DNA from: Fistulifera solaris
Lineage: Eukaryota
NCBI GenBank assembly: GCA_030295235.1
Contig: AP026138.1
Coordinates: 248,001-312,000 of the forward strand
Direction of reading: 5' to 3'
Length of the DNA: 64,000 nucleotides
Both the position numbers and the translations under genes were made by a program. The notes beneath the pieces were generated by a model that made no database searches, had not been told where the DNA came from, and worked only from the letters and a program-made list of their open reading frames with translations. This document shows, piece by piece, positions 12,623 through 24,798 of the stretch; positions within the stretch are counted from its first letter, which is position 1; each line of letters opens with the position of its first letter.

Positions 12623-13612
12623 GGTAGAACGCAAACGCTGAGAAATGTTTTCATGATTGTCGGGCGGTTTTGCAAATTTCACTGTTGTATTTAGAAGTGG
12701 TGTATTTTCACCCGCCATTGCCGACGATTGAATGTCTTGATTTAGACCAGCTTTGATTCGATGAGTAGTTCAGCAGCAGTACGTTGTCTTGTAACGCTTT
12801 CTGGGTTTCAACAAAGCAATTCGGTTGATTATAATACTGTACCCCCAATTCCTATTATCTTGCAAAATAAATGGGCAAAATCTTCATCGAGATCGATGAT
12901 GGAGGGAGCCGCCCATCGAGAGGAGTGGACGGATGGACCGAAATGTACAGTCGCATCGTATAGTAGGTCCATTTCTTTCAGAACTCGTGACTTGATAATT
13001 CTCAGTCCTCGTAAGAAAGCGAATGATCTTTAGAACCTCAACCTTGTTGTGGATATTCGATGCCCATTGTCTGGAAACAGGGAGCAGAAAACAAGAACAG
13101 AAAACGAGCATGTCCGATGACGACATTTCTGAAAGTACAAAATCGAAGGCGTCCTTCAACTTTCTTGTTCTTCATGATTCTCTCCACACAAATGTCATAA
13201 GTGCAACAATATCTTGTTTGGAAAGTTGAACGTTCTTTGTTCTTCAACAGACTGTTTTCTGTAAATCGCAAGTACCACCACTTAATATGCGTATACTCCA
13301 TTCTAGAAGGAAGACGACTCTTCAGTACTTTTTGTTTTATACATTTCCCTCCGAAGGATGATGTAAGAATGACCTCGCGGACCTCCGACACATTCTTCCC
13401 TCTTCCTCATCCCAACACTCCGATTGTCACCACCTTTTTGCCATTACCATCGAAATTCGATTGCCGAAAACGATTAGTAACGATTACAGGAGCGCATTTT
13501 CCTTCATTGGCAGTTAAATAATCGTATTTTGTCTCTCACTTCATTGTTGAAAGGAGCGGCGAGTGCTGTGTGTAATTCTTAGCTACTGACGTGCATCCCC
13601 TTCAAGCGCTGA

Positions 13613-15429
13613 ATGCTGACACGATTTTTGGACGAACTTCCTGGCGATACGACATTTCGCGGAGAGGATACAATGGATCATGGGAATAACAACAATGAGG
13701 GTAACACTGGACTGGCATCCTTTGCACAAACCCCGCTCTTTACGGCAGACCAGTTACAAGCCATGTATCGGCAGTCGCAGCAGCGAAGCAGCCTATCTTC
13801 CGGCAGTAATGCCGCACAACAATCGTACTCCCCTATGAACGACACTTCGAATCAAAGCTGGATGCAGATGTTGCAACCAACACCGTTGGGTGGTTCGAAC
13901 CAGCCAATGGTAAATCAATCATCACAGAATAATTGGGAAATGCAACTCATGTTACAACAGCTCTTTCAGGGCCAGCGCCATCAAGAAGGGAACCATCCAG
14001 CAACATCCTTATTTACGCTGGGATCGACTGTGGAACCGATGCACCATCACAATGCACCGGCGAACGAATCGGAAACCGACTTTTTCAAAACGATGTGGGA
14101 TATGGAGGACACCACCGGCATTCTCGGAAAGCCATCTACTTCCCTTCCAGTCTACGAAAACAGCGACAAAACGAAAATGGACGGTAAGACGTGCGCTTGC
14201 TTTGTAACCATCCTTGTGATCTTTTCTCATTTAGCTTTCAACAGACAAACGGAGGCATGACGAGTTCGGCGAATGCAATCATGCCGAATCAAGCGTCTTC
14301 CAACAACTTTGGAAATCCTTCCTTGCCATCAGATCAAACGTTTTCCTTTCCACTTGACGCAATGGACGACTCGGAAGATTTCCCAATGCGGTATGGTTCT
14401 CGTACCATTCGAGAAGAATCACCAATGTCCATGTCGAGTGGTGTTGGTGTTCCTCCTGCCCAAGAATTGTTGCCCACCAGTCTGCTTTCATCATCTCGCG
14501 GGCTGTCCAATATCTTGGAGCAGCAGCCAGCTAGCGAACCGCTAAGCCGCATGGAAGAATCAAACACGGTGTCATTATCGGAAGAAGAGTATGCGTTTCT
14601 TTTGCCCTCGACGCTTTTGCCCCCTTCGGTCATGGCGAGTGTATTGCACCCGAGTCTTCCTACAGGTATGAGCACCAAAACTGCGGCAAGTTCTGGAGGT
14701 GGTAGATACAAGAAAAAGAAGGGAACCAAGTCAACTCGTTTGGAATCGCCTCTCGATGCGCTTCAACGCATTCTTTCACTCCAGGGTTATGGTCCGATCA
14801 CACGCATCCCCGCCGAATCAGCGCAATACGAAACAGTTCCCTCTCCTTTGCAATTAGCTTCGTTTGGGACTGAGTTGGTCAAAGCTATTCACGCTTCAGA
14901 TACTCAACATTTATCGAACTTGTTGGAAACCGGCTTGTCTCCGAATCCATGCAACAAATTTCGTGATTCAATGATTGATTTGGTATGCAAGCGAGCCAAT
15001 GGAGAAATATTTAAATGCCTTGTGAATCACGGTTGCGATTTGAGAGTTTGCGATGGTTTCGGTAGGACACCACTGCATCATTGCTGTTGGGCCAGCGAGT
15101 TCTCTCCGACCATTGCGGAGACTATTTTGGAAATCGATTGGCTTCAGCTCTTCATCGAGGACAAACGCGGTCAAATACCTTTGGAGTACATTCGACCTGA
15201 TCAAGCGGCGGAGTGGGTAGAGTTTCTTGAAGACAATCGTCAGCGCTTGTTTCCACCGGGGGGACGATCGCCGACCTTGCTTCCCGTAAAAGACTATCGT
15301 CCGGACAACGTTCTCCCCGATCCGCCGAATGCATTACCTATTGAGCTGGCTTCTGCTGTATCCTCGGGGCGCTTGACACCGGATGACCTAAACAACATGG
15401 ATCACGCGACAAGGGCGAAATTCAGATAA
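13613..15429 (+). CDS. Ankyrin-repeat protein with long low-complexity N-terminus (diatom type)
   Basis: GLSPNPCNKFRDS, CDGFGRTPLHHCCW and DKRGQIPLEY ankyrin motifs. Probable intron at about 14184-14244; the junction frame does not resolve cleanly, so an indel is possible. Confidence 0.75.
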
Positions 15430-15571
15430 AAAATGCAAGACAGCAAAAGATTACTCAGTTGAACAGGGAGGCAAAATGAATGACGCGCCTATTCAGCTAT
15501 AGCTCTAATATTTATTCATAATGAATATATCTTATCAAATACTGCTACAACGCACTCAAGATGATCCGTTT

Positions 15572-16762
15572 TTACAATGAATAAGGATTCACTTTCTGTT
15601 TCTTTGATACTGGAGCTGCGTTTTGTTCTGGTACAAAATGTTGCTTTACAGGCCGTCCAATGCACGAAGGAGGCGAATTGGAAGGCCAGAACGAATCATC
15701 TAGGTTGCCGTATGGATCTTGCACGCTGTGACTTGCGGGTAAGGTAGAGTTGGAAATGACTTCTCCGCTAGAGTGGGGCGCATGCTGAGCTCCGGTAGCA
15801 GTGACATTTCCACTGGTGTAACTGCTCGATGTCCCGCTTGCCATGGGAGGTACACTATTGGGTAAATCGCGCGTCGGCATAGATGACTGAGGGGCACTTT
15901 TTGCAATACGAGAAGCATTGGCTTTGATAGAATTCTGCATTTCATTCCAGGCGATATCAATTGTGGAGTTTGTTTCATGATAGCTGGACGACGGCGTTAT
16001 GACGGGTTTGACGGTGGTAAAGTCTTTCGATGACAGCGAGCCATAATGACGAGTGTAATCCTTGTCGTATTGTTCGAGTGCCTGCGTCGCGGTGGCGGGT
16101 GCTTCGTTGTATTTGAAATCGGTGCTGTAGAGTGAATTTCCCAGCTTGTCCCCAAAGTGTCGCGCGGCTCGTTTCATGGCATCCGTAATACTCCCTTTCA
16201 ATGCGTGTTGCACTGCGGTAGCCAAACTTTTATCCACGGAATCTCCAGCCCCAATGTCTTCTCGAAAGCTACCCGATCGAACGTGCGTGATCCGTACTTG
16301 AGCCAAGTACGCTACATGCCATTTCCCTGTCGCGGATTTGTCATTGCCGGATCGTTGTTGATCGCAAACAACTTGGTCCGTCTTGATGATAGACAAGTTC
16401 CAACCATCGTACCCAAATACTTGATTCAGTGTTCGTGTGACGGAGTCTCCCGAAAGATAGTGCAGCTTTTTGCCGTGAGGACCAGGGCGACTCGATATGT
16501 CGTGTTTGAGGGGTTTGCTGTGCAACCACCGATCGACCGTGATGGGTCGTTGTTTGCTATCATGCAGCACGGTTCGGTCGATGGGATCTAGAAGATAGTC
16601 AGGGACTGCTTGTCTTGAAAAAGGGTCACTAGAAACGACGGGAGTTGCTGTGGGGATGACGAATCCGCTTTGTGAATCGACGGGTAGTTCGCGCAAGCTC
16701 ATTCGCGAAGGTCGAGGATGGCAGTCGACCGAACGAGCGTCAACTTTCGCAAGGGGCTCCAT
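15572..16762 (-). CDS. RAD52: DNA repair/recombination protein Rad52/Rad22
   Basis: ISSRPGPHGKKLHYL, LNQVFGYDGWN, GSFREDIGAG, A.KGSITDAMKRAARHFGDKLGNSLY. ATG at 16762. Confidence 0.93.
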   Translation of the reverse strand: MEPLAKVDARSVDCHPRPSRMSLRELPVDSQSGFVIPTATPVVSSDPFSRQAVPDYLLDPIDRTVLHDSKQRPITVDRWLHSKPLKHDISSRPGPHGKKLHYLSGDSVTRTLNQVFGYDGWNLSIIKTDQVVCDQQRSGNDKSATGKWHVAYLAQVRITHVRSGSFREDIGAGDSVDKSLATAVQHALKGSITDAMKRAARHFGDKLGNSLYSTDFKYNEAPATATQALEQYDKDYTRHYGSLSSKDFTTVKPVITPSSSYHETNSTIDIAWNEMQNSIKANASRIAKSAPQSSMPTRDLPNSVPPMASGTSSSYTSGNVTATGAQHAPHSSGEVISNSTLPASHSVQDPYGNLDDSFWPSNSPPSCIGRPVKQHFVPEQNAAPVSKKQKVNPYSL

Positions 16763-17241
16763 TGTGTCAACTATATATGAACTAAGTATGATATACACCA
16801 AGATTGAAAATGATAAGAGCGGCTGACTTGTTATGCATCAAAGCAGGAGTTTTGTTGCATCGCATGATCCCTGGCATCAAATATTCGAAGTGACAAAGTG
16901 ACGAACATGTCGAAAACATGAAGAAACAGAAGAGCGCGGCGCGGGTTGATAAGGACGTTTACTACATAGACAGCAGCAGTCGTAAAAGAGACATTTCCGT
17001 AATGTAAAACGTCTTATTGCCGCGGAGTAGATAAGTCACAATTTTTGATTGGACACTATACGTAAATGAGTAGGGGATACCGGTACGTCATCTATTTGTT
17101 ATACTATAAAGATCCGATGAGAAACTGGGAAGCTTGGCAGCCGTCCGCTGTCATCAGATGCAATATTTTGCCCGCGCCGCATCTCGCAATGATTTATTTG
17201 CACATTGATGCGAACAATAGATACACTTTACACTTTGAGAG

Positions 17242-17419
17242 GTAAGGTTCGACTGATTTGCTCGCAATTGATAAGAAAACTGATACGGCACACCACGTCT
17301 CCTCCTTTTGAATTGGTTTTTGGAGTCTTCTATGAAAGAGTTTCTTGGAAGCCACGCTGTGTTCGATGACGAACGGAGTTATTGACTCTCATCTTCTTTG
17401 TGTTGTATCTCTTTTACAG
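17242..17419 (+). other. Probable 5'-UTR intron of the Man1/Src1-like gene
   Basis: Donor ag|GTAAGG at 17242; pyrimidine-rich acceptor CTTTTACAG ending 17419, shortly before ATG 17442. Confidence 0.55.
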
Positions 17420-17441
17420 GCAAATAAATCAAAGCTCCACT

Positions 17442-19287
17442 ATGCCATCATCAGCGCGTAAACGAAAGTCCGACGATGTTTCGGATACTAGCGACAGCGA
17501 GGCCTACTCGAAGGAGAGCAACGATAATGCAAAGAATAAGCGTGGATCGGGCCGCCAGGATCGTATGGAAGACCTCACTCCCCGACGTAAGAAGGCGCGA
17601 ACAGAACAGACAGGAAGCATGGGGATCGAGATTCCAGAGGGTATGACGAAGAAAGAATGGGTAGCGATGCGGAAAAAGAATTGCACAAGAAGTATGAAGC
17701 TGGAGGTATGTTCAGCAAGAACTTAATGCCGGCTGTCACCGCGCCTCCTGCTGCGAAGTCTCCTGCTACGAAAGCTTCTCCCAAGAGAGCGGTGCCTTCG
17801 AAAGCTCCGGTTGCTTCATCACGTCCGGTAAGCCGGCCCCCCGTCGCTGCCCCGGCCTCGCGGGGTAATCCTTTTCCTCGGCGTCCATCGGGCCCTTTCA
17901 ATTCTCCCGTTCCGAACATGCAGTTTTCCGCTTCAGCTAAGAACAACGGTCCGCATATTCCGGACTTTAGTAAAGCGAATGCAACGAAGTCTCCAACAGA
18001 ATATCTCTCTCCTCGTAGCAGCGCATCAGCGAAGGCTGAGTTCGTTGACGAAAGTCCTGCTGGGAGTGTCATCACCAACGACAACCTGGAGGAAGTGCCA
18101 GCACCAGAGGCACCGCCGACTTACTATGTTGCTCCAGTCGACCGCTCCGATCCAAGCTGGGGAAGATTCCTTTGCGCCATCATGTGCATCTTCGTCTTGG
18201 TTATTTCATTATTAATTGGTTTGATCATTGTGCCTGGAGGATCGGGTGGAAACTTCAAGATGGTGATTCCGACTGTCTCGCCGTCCTCTACGCGATGCTT
18301 TCATGATAACCCCAAGCCTGTTGTAGAATCCGACGAAGAACCTGTGGTTCCAATAATCGCGGAACGCTGCAAGGGGGTACCATTGTCCTCTTGGTCGAGC
18401 TGTCCGGAGGGAGCGGTGTGTTCGCAAGGGCTGTTAGAGCAATGTGCCCATCCCAAGTATTACGAGGTGAGCCCTGGGCATGACGAATGTATTTTGAGCA
18501 TATCCGCACAGAAAACGATTTCCGACATTGTGAGCTGGATGGAGCTAGCATCGGTGGTTCATGCGTGCCAACCTGGAGGTAATCCGTATGCCCTCGACAA
18601 AGATGGCGCAGGGCATCCTTCTTTGGCCTATCTCAAGTGTTGGGCGAGTTAGATATCGAATGGGATCCTATGTTGATTCGAATTTTACAGGATCTCGAAG
18701 GCGTGATCCAGCTTGAGCTGCAGCCCGACAACAACTATACAGTCGCGCTGGACGAAAAGCATACTCTTGTCCTACCTCGAAAATGCCGGGTCAAGAGAGT
18801 ACTTGTCGGGGTGATGAATGGCACTCTAGGAGCATTTTGGGGTGTCGCTCGCATGATCTTCGGCTGGTGCTTCCAAGTCAGTTCCATGTACATGGAATTA
18901 TTGTTCGAGATTCCGGCGCAAACACTTGCGTTTTCTGTCGTTTTACCAATTGTGGCATGGCTTGTTGTATCGTACCTGAAAATCCGCCGCCGCGAGGCGA
19001 TCGAAACGAGATTGCTGAACAATGACCGCGTCTTTGTCCGTCAAGAAGTGTACAAGGTGCTCCGCAGTGAACCCAACAAGAATCACGTCGTGTTGCAAGT
19101 GCGCGATCAGATTTTGTACGACCCCAATCTCAGTTATCACTCGGACTCGAAAGCCCGCAACCGCGTCATCAAAAAGGTGTGGAGTAAAGTGGTAGCCGAT
19201 CTGCAGAAAGACAACCGCATTGTGAAAGCTCGAATCAATACGAATAAGGGGGTATGTGACTCTTGGAAGTGGGGCAGCGACCTTTGA
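17442..19287 (+). CDS. Inner nuclear membrane protein, Man1/Src1(Heh1)-like (two TMs, Cys-containing luminal domain, C-terminal winged helix)
   Basis: Basic NLS-rich N-terminus; TM1 FLCAIMCIFVLVISLLIGLIIV; luminal CPEGAVCSQG..C; TM2; C-terminal VWSKVVADLQKDNRI...WKW. Frameshifts near 17680 and 18630. Confidence 0.7.
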
Positions 19288-19614
19288 GAGAGACATCTGT
19301 TTTTACGAATAATTATTTATCGAATAGATATGCTTATGAAAGTAACCTTACGGCACATAGTTTGAGTCTCGAATGTTGTTGCTAATAAAAGAAGTGGCGT
19401 AAGCTGCCGACCGGTACGACATAAAGAGGCTCGAAGGACAGACGGTGGACACGTACGTGTTTTTTGCTTCATTCTTTTTCTCGATGATGTCGTGCGTGAT
19501 GTCGGTAGCGGAAAGCAAAATGGTCGACGACAACAACGGCTACGGAAAGATAGTTCCTTGCAAGCATAATTACAAAAACCGAACTGCATCTCTAGTTGCT
19601 GAATAATAATAAAA

Positions 19615-21406
19615 ATGAGAATTCTTGTTACTAGTGTCATTGCCCTGGCTTCATCCGCGGCCGCCTTTTCGCCCATCACCACCTTCCGCTCGTCGGTCAC
19701 CGCGTTGGAGGCTTCCAAATGCGGTCAGTACGACTTTGATGTCGCCATCATCGGCTGCGGTGTCGGTGGTCACGGAGCGGCCTTGCACGCGCGTGCCCAG
19801 GGCTTAGAGACGGCCGTCTTTTCCGGAGCGGATATTGGTGGTACTTGCGTGAATCGGGGTTGTGTCCCCAGCAAGGCCTTGTTGGCGGCGTCGGGACGCG
19901 TAAGAGAAATGAAAAACGACGAACATTTGAAAAGTTTGGGAATTACTGTCGACGGGGAAGTCAAGTACGATCGACAGGGAATTGCGGATCATGCCACGAA
20001 TTTGGCGAATCGCGTCAAGGGGAACTTGGAAGCGAGTTTGGTCGGACTCGGTGTGCAAGTCATCGAAGGTCGAGGATCGTTGACCGGAAACGCTCACGAA
20101 GTCAAAGATGAAGCTACCGGAAAGATCTACACGTTCAAGGTGAGTGTATGGAGTGAAGTTAGCGTATGTCATTTGTTGAAGGTGCAAAAATCACTCACCA
20201 GTTTTTTTCTCTTCTCAGGATATCATTTTGGCACCCGGCAGCGTTCCATTTGTACCCCCTGGCATCACCGTCGATGAAAAGACAGTCTTTACTTCCGACG
20301 GTGCCTTGAAACTGCCCTACGTTCCCGAATGGGTGGCGATTGTCGGGTCCGGCTACATTGGATTGGAGTTTTCGGATGTTTACACGGCGTTGGGCAGTGA
20401 AGTCACGTTCATTGAAGCCATGGATAACATCATGCCGACCTTTGATCGCGAAATCGCCAAAATGGCGGAGCGTCTTCTCATCCGTGATCGTCCCATTGAT
20501 TACCGAACATCCGTCTTTGCGGCCGAGGTCATCCCCGGTATTCCGGGAGAAAAGCCCGTCACCATTAAAATGATTGACGCCAAGACCAAAGAGCACGTCG
20601 AAACGATCGAGGTAGATGCGGCCATGATCGCCACCGGACGTGTCCCCAACACCAAAAACATGGGATTGGAAAACCGCGGCATTACCGTCAACCGAGGATT
20701 TGTAGCGGTCAACGAGAAGATGGAGGTTTTGACCAGCCACGATGAAGGTGCCACCGTGATCCCCAACTTGTACTGCATTGGAGACGCCAATGGTAAAATG
20801 ATGTTGGCTCATGCTGCTTCGGCTCAAGGTATTTCTGCGGTCGAGAATATTGTCGGACGTGAACACGTTGTCAATCACGAAGCCATGTAAGTGCGGATTT
20901 CACGGAAGGAGAAGATTATCAGGATGATACACTCACACTGTAGTTCTTTTTCGCAGTCCCGCTGCTTGCTTTACACACCCCGAAATCGCCATGGTCGGAC
21001 CCACGGAAGAACAGTGCATCGAACGAGCCAAGGCCGAGGGCTGGACTTTGGGAAAGAGTCAGGGAAATTTCCGTGCCAACTCCAAGGCGCTCGCGGAAGG
21101 AGAGGGACAAGGTATTGCCAAAGTTCTGTTTAACAAGGATACCGGAAAAGTTGTGGCAGTCCACATTATCGGATTGCACGCTGCTGATTTGATTCAAGAA
21201 TGCGCGAATGCTGTGGCCGCCGGAACGACGGTTCAAGAGTTGAGCATGATGGTGGTACGTATAAAGTGGTTTATGTTGCAGTGGAAGCAGTTTAACACAT
21301 TTTAATTTCTCACCATATTTATTTCTTTGTTCAGCACACTCACCCCACTCTTTCCGAAGTCATGGACGAAGCATTCAAAGGAGCCGTCGGTATGTCTTCC
21401 CATTAA
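19615..21406 (+). CDS. LPD: Plastid dihydrolipoamide dehydrogenase (pyruvate dehydrogenase E3)
   Basis: Leader ..[62 protein letters not shown]. Introns 20140-20218, 20887-20956 and 21255-21334. Confidence 0.95.
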
Positions 21407-21521
21407 GTGACTTCAGAGTTTTAACTTCATTAATCTAGATAATTTTTCGAATTAAGCTTGTAGAATGCGCTCAGGACAACTCGTACGCGTAGACGCACCA
21501 CGACGCCTTCACCTCTCGGTA

Positions 21522-23214
21522 TCATGTTTGTGCAAGTTCCTTTGGAGAAAATAGTAGCTGAATGATATCGTCCATGAGAACTATTACCATATTGGGAATG
21601 CAGTCGTTCACACCGTAGCTGATGATCACTTCACTGTGATTGTGAGCAGCGTAGGTCATCCCACTCACAAAATGTACCCTCGGGCAGTTGTATCGTAAGC
21701 TACCAACCTTTAAATCGGAGCGACTCAAACTGCTGTAGAGAGTGTCATTTGTGTTTGGAAAGCCAAAGCAGAAATTCCCAGTACGGGCAACAGTCCTGTA
21801 AGGTGCATTTCGCTGAAAAGCGTAGAAAGTAGAGAAGTAGTGATTTGACACGATCCCGTTTTTCGACATGGCTTGCCCGTCGCTTTTCTTAAACACTGTT
21901 TTGCGATGAGCGATCCCTAGAAGAAGTGGCAAACCATTGTGTTCAAAGTGAAGACAACAGGCTCCTCCTCTTTCATAGGTATACGGAGGTAAATTGGTGA
22001 GACCGCGTCGGACAAATTCGAGCTCATCCGTTGTCCCGAAGGAGGGGAACGGCAAGCGGCTATCGTATCGAATCAAAAATTCGGATTGCTGGTCTCTGGG
22101 CTTTTTTGATACAAGGGGAATCCAGATCCACAACTTCCCTTGCGCCCATGGGCTCTAATTCTAACACAGTTCTATTCTGCGCATCGACAAAATAATTCAA
22201 ATTCTTTCCGCGACTTTGCGTTCTGCCATCGCGCGTGCACGAAGCCATTTCTCGAATCGCCACAGTAAAGTCCGACCGATTCTGACGAATCGAACGTAAA
22301 TATACCACTTTCTCGGATGCGGGAGGTATGATCCAAAGAGGATGTATGCTAGCAAAGCTACTGATGAACATTTGATCATGGAGTACCGAGACTCGTACAT
22401 CTTCCATTTTGTAAATAACATCTTTGGTACCCACCACCGTCTCGGCTACTATATTCAGCTCTCTATCCAAGAGTGCTATTCCCAAATACTCGACACTCTT
22501 CTTTGGTCGATTCTCCCAACTGCCACCCAGCATTTGCAACGTAATATCTGGATCATCGAAGCAAGCGTGGGCGCTACTAACTCGGTATGTTGCGATGTAA
22601 ATTGCATTCGTATGGCTGGAAGGTACCTGCGATACGGGCAGTATGGCGATGCTTGGGTTGAACTCAAATAACAATGGTTTTGTTAGAGCCTCATTCGCTA
22701 ACCTCGAGGTATATGCTGTAATGTTAGAAAGAGCCTCTGCAGGTAGTCTCCAGTCACTCGGAATCGAATGTAAAAGATGTGCTCGAGATAAAAGGACCTT
22801 GGGTGCAACTTTATCAACATCCCAATAGCGATGACTACAGCCTACTGAGTTGGGATCACAGAAATCACAATAATCAGGCTTCTGTTTCGCCACCCATCGA
22901 GCTGCATCCAACAAAGTCATATTTTCCTTTCTCTGTCTTCGCTTCATCAAGAAGTAGCAAGTGAAATGCTCCAAAGTGGGACCCGAGAGAACGTATCGGC
23001 AGTTGTTACAGAGATCATCCGTTTCAAATCGTGGTGAGGCATTACGATTGCTAACTCGACTTCCTCGAATAGCACTTGTCTGTCGATCTATTTCTCTAAC
23101 AACGTTAGGCATCTGGGAGAGTCGGTGATGCGACCAGAAAAACGTCATCACAGAGAAAACGAGGACAGCCAACGAAGCGCTGTTCAAACATCTTCTACCG
23201 TGGATGTTTATCAT
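21522..23214 (-). CDS. Type II membrane protein with a GH130/GT108/GT91-like five-bladed beta-propeller (putative mannoside-active enzyme)
   Basis: N-terminal TM anchor, Cys-rich stem, then motifs in order FNPS, EDVR, GKN, RGG, GIAH, FYAF, HFVSG, ISYGVND. Extra base in a homopolymer near 22105. Confidence 0.55.
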
Positions 23215-23594
23215 CTGACAGAAACCATTCGCACTTTTATTGCCCAGCCATTTACTAGTCAAAGCCGTTCTCGGCAACTCATTGCAATAGCTCTCGTCTG
23301 CAGCAAAAAAATGAAAGGAGGTGGCGGTCATCACACTAATTTTTTTTTGCGGGCTGCCACTCGTGACTCACTTCTCCCTCCACTATGTCCGTTGAAGCAA
23401 TACGGTACTGAAGCAATAAGTAAATGGGTACCGGTTATGACACAATTACTGATGATGAGAAACAAAAATGGGAAATGTGCGAAAAAAGAAAATGCGCAAA
23501 TGTTGGAATGAACTTTTCGCATTGCTTCTATTAACAATGATGAGAACGTTCATGACATCCGCAGCTCCTCCTTCACATCACAACGAAAGTCAAA

Positions 23595-24675
23595 ATGTCT
23601 CTGCAAAACCATGTTTTCTTCCGCTGCAATCGCTGCAGTAAGCCCATGACGGCAACGCTGTTTGTGTGCTCTTGCGACTGCATTTTTTGCGAAGGTACGT
23701 TTCGACTCGTCATTGCTGATCTGCCCTCTTTCTTTGCTCAAAGCTCCGTCATGCTGTCGATTCATTTCATAAATAGAATGTACCTACGAGCATTTCGGTT
23801 CTAATGAAACATGTCCCTCCTGTAATAAGAAACTGGGTCAGAACGATTTCCTTGAGCTTGTCATTTCCGAGCCCACCGCAGCTTCGCAGCAAACCACGAA
23901 AACAATGTTTCAGAATCTATTCACTAAAATAACTCCAGGGACCGAAGCAGTGATATGTAGAGACAACGTGTCACGCGGATTACGAGTGCTAGATGATGGT
24001 CGTCGAGCGATGCGCTTTCTGTTTAACCAGTTTTTGAAAGAGACAAACACATTACGACGTGATCTAGCGGAAGCGAATAGCAAAGTCGGTCAAATGGCTA
24101 CACAAATTCAACTTCTACAGAGTAAATTGAACGAGCGCGACAGCGAAGTCGCTCGTCTGCGACACATTGCCGCATCCGCGAGTCCCCTGCCCCCGTCCTC
24201 GTCGCACAGTGCCAGCTCGGGCGGAGGGCGCCGCGGCCGCTACACTCCCGTCATTGAAATTGCGAGCGCCCGCGGCTCCATTCCACCTCCACTGCAAGGC
24301 TTTATGCAAAATCACGATCCGAGAGGAAAAGAAAACAATATCTATGTGCCTGGAAAAGAACACTCACAGAATGCAATGATTACTACTCGACGAACTACTC
24401 AAGCACCAGCCATCGGAGTGACACCTATTCAAACCCAGCGGCCTTTGTCATCGATTTCAGTCAACCATAATATGCATCGTCAGTCTCAGCGACCTCTCGG
24501 ACCCGATATCTCTGTCGGGCGACCCCAATCACTCAACAATCATGCATTTTCTTCGTCTTCGGGGTATCGGTTTTCCTCCGGAGTAGGAAATCAAGGTCAA
24601 GCTTCCTCTCTTCAAGTAAACCGTAGCATGTCCTTTCCAGGAAGTCAACAAGGAGGCGTCTTTGGAAGACGCTAA
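23595..24675 (+). CDS. HEI10: RING-finger + coiled-coil E3 ligase, HEI10/CCNB1IP1 (Zip3/RNF212 superfamily)-like
   Basis: Splicing intron 23695-23776 gives FRCNRCSK..LFVCSCDCIFCEECTYEHF..NETCPSCNKKLGQNDF, in frame with ORF 23905-24675 (coiled coil, then S/P-rich tail). Confidence 0.7.
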
Positions 24676-24798
24676 CTTGCGGTTGACTTTGGTGGAAACA
24701 AATCCGTTGCGCCTCAATACAGAAAAGCGCACTTTTACTAGGATTATTGTTGACAAACTACTACGCCATTTCACTAAATTTACAAACACAAAATAGCA

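Noticed and set aside
12761..13521. Several 70-120 codon ORFs between the transporter and ankyrin genes
   Set aside because: Mostly non-ATG starts, no motifs, mutually overlapping; likely promoter or UTR sequence.
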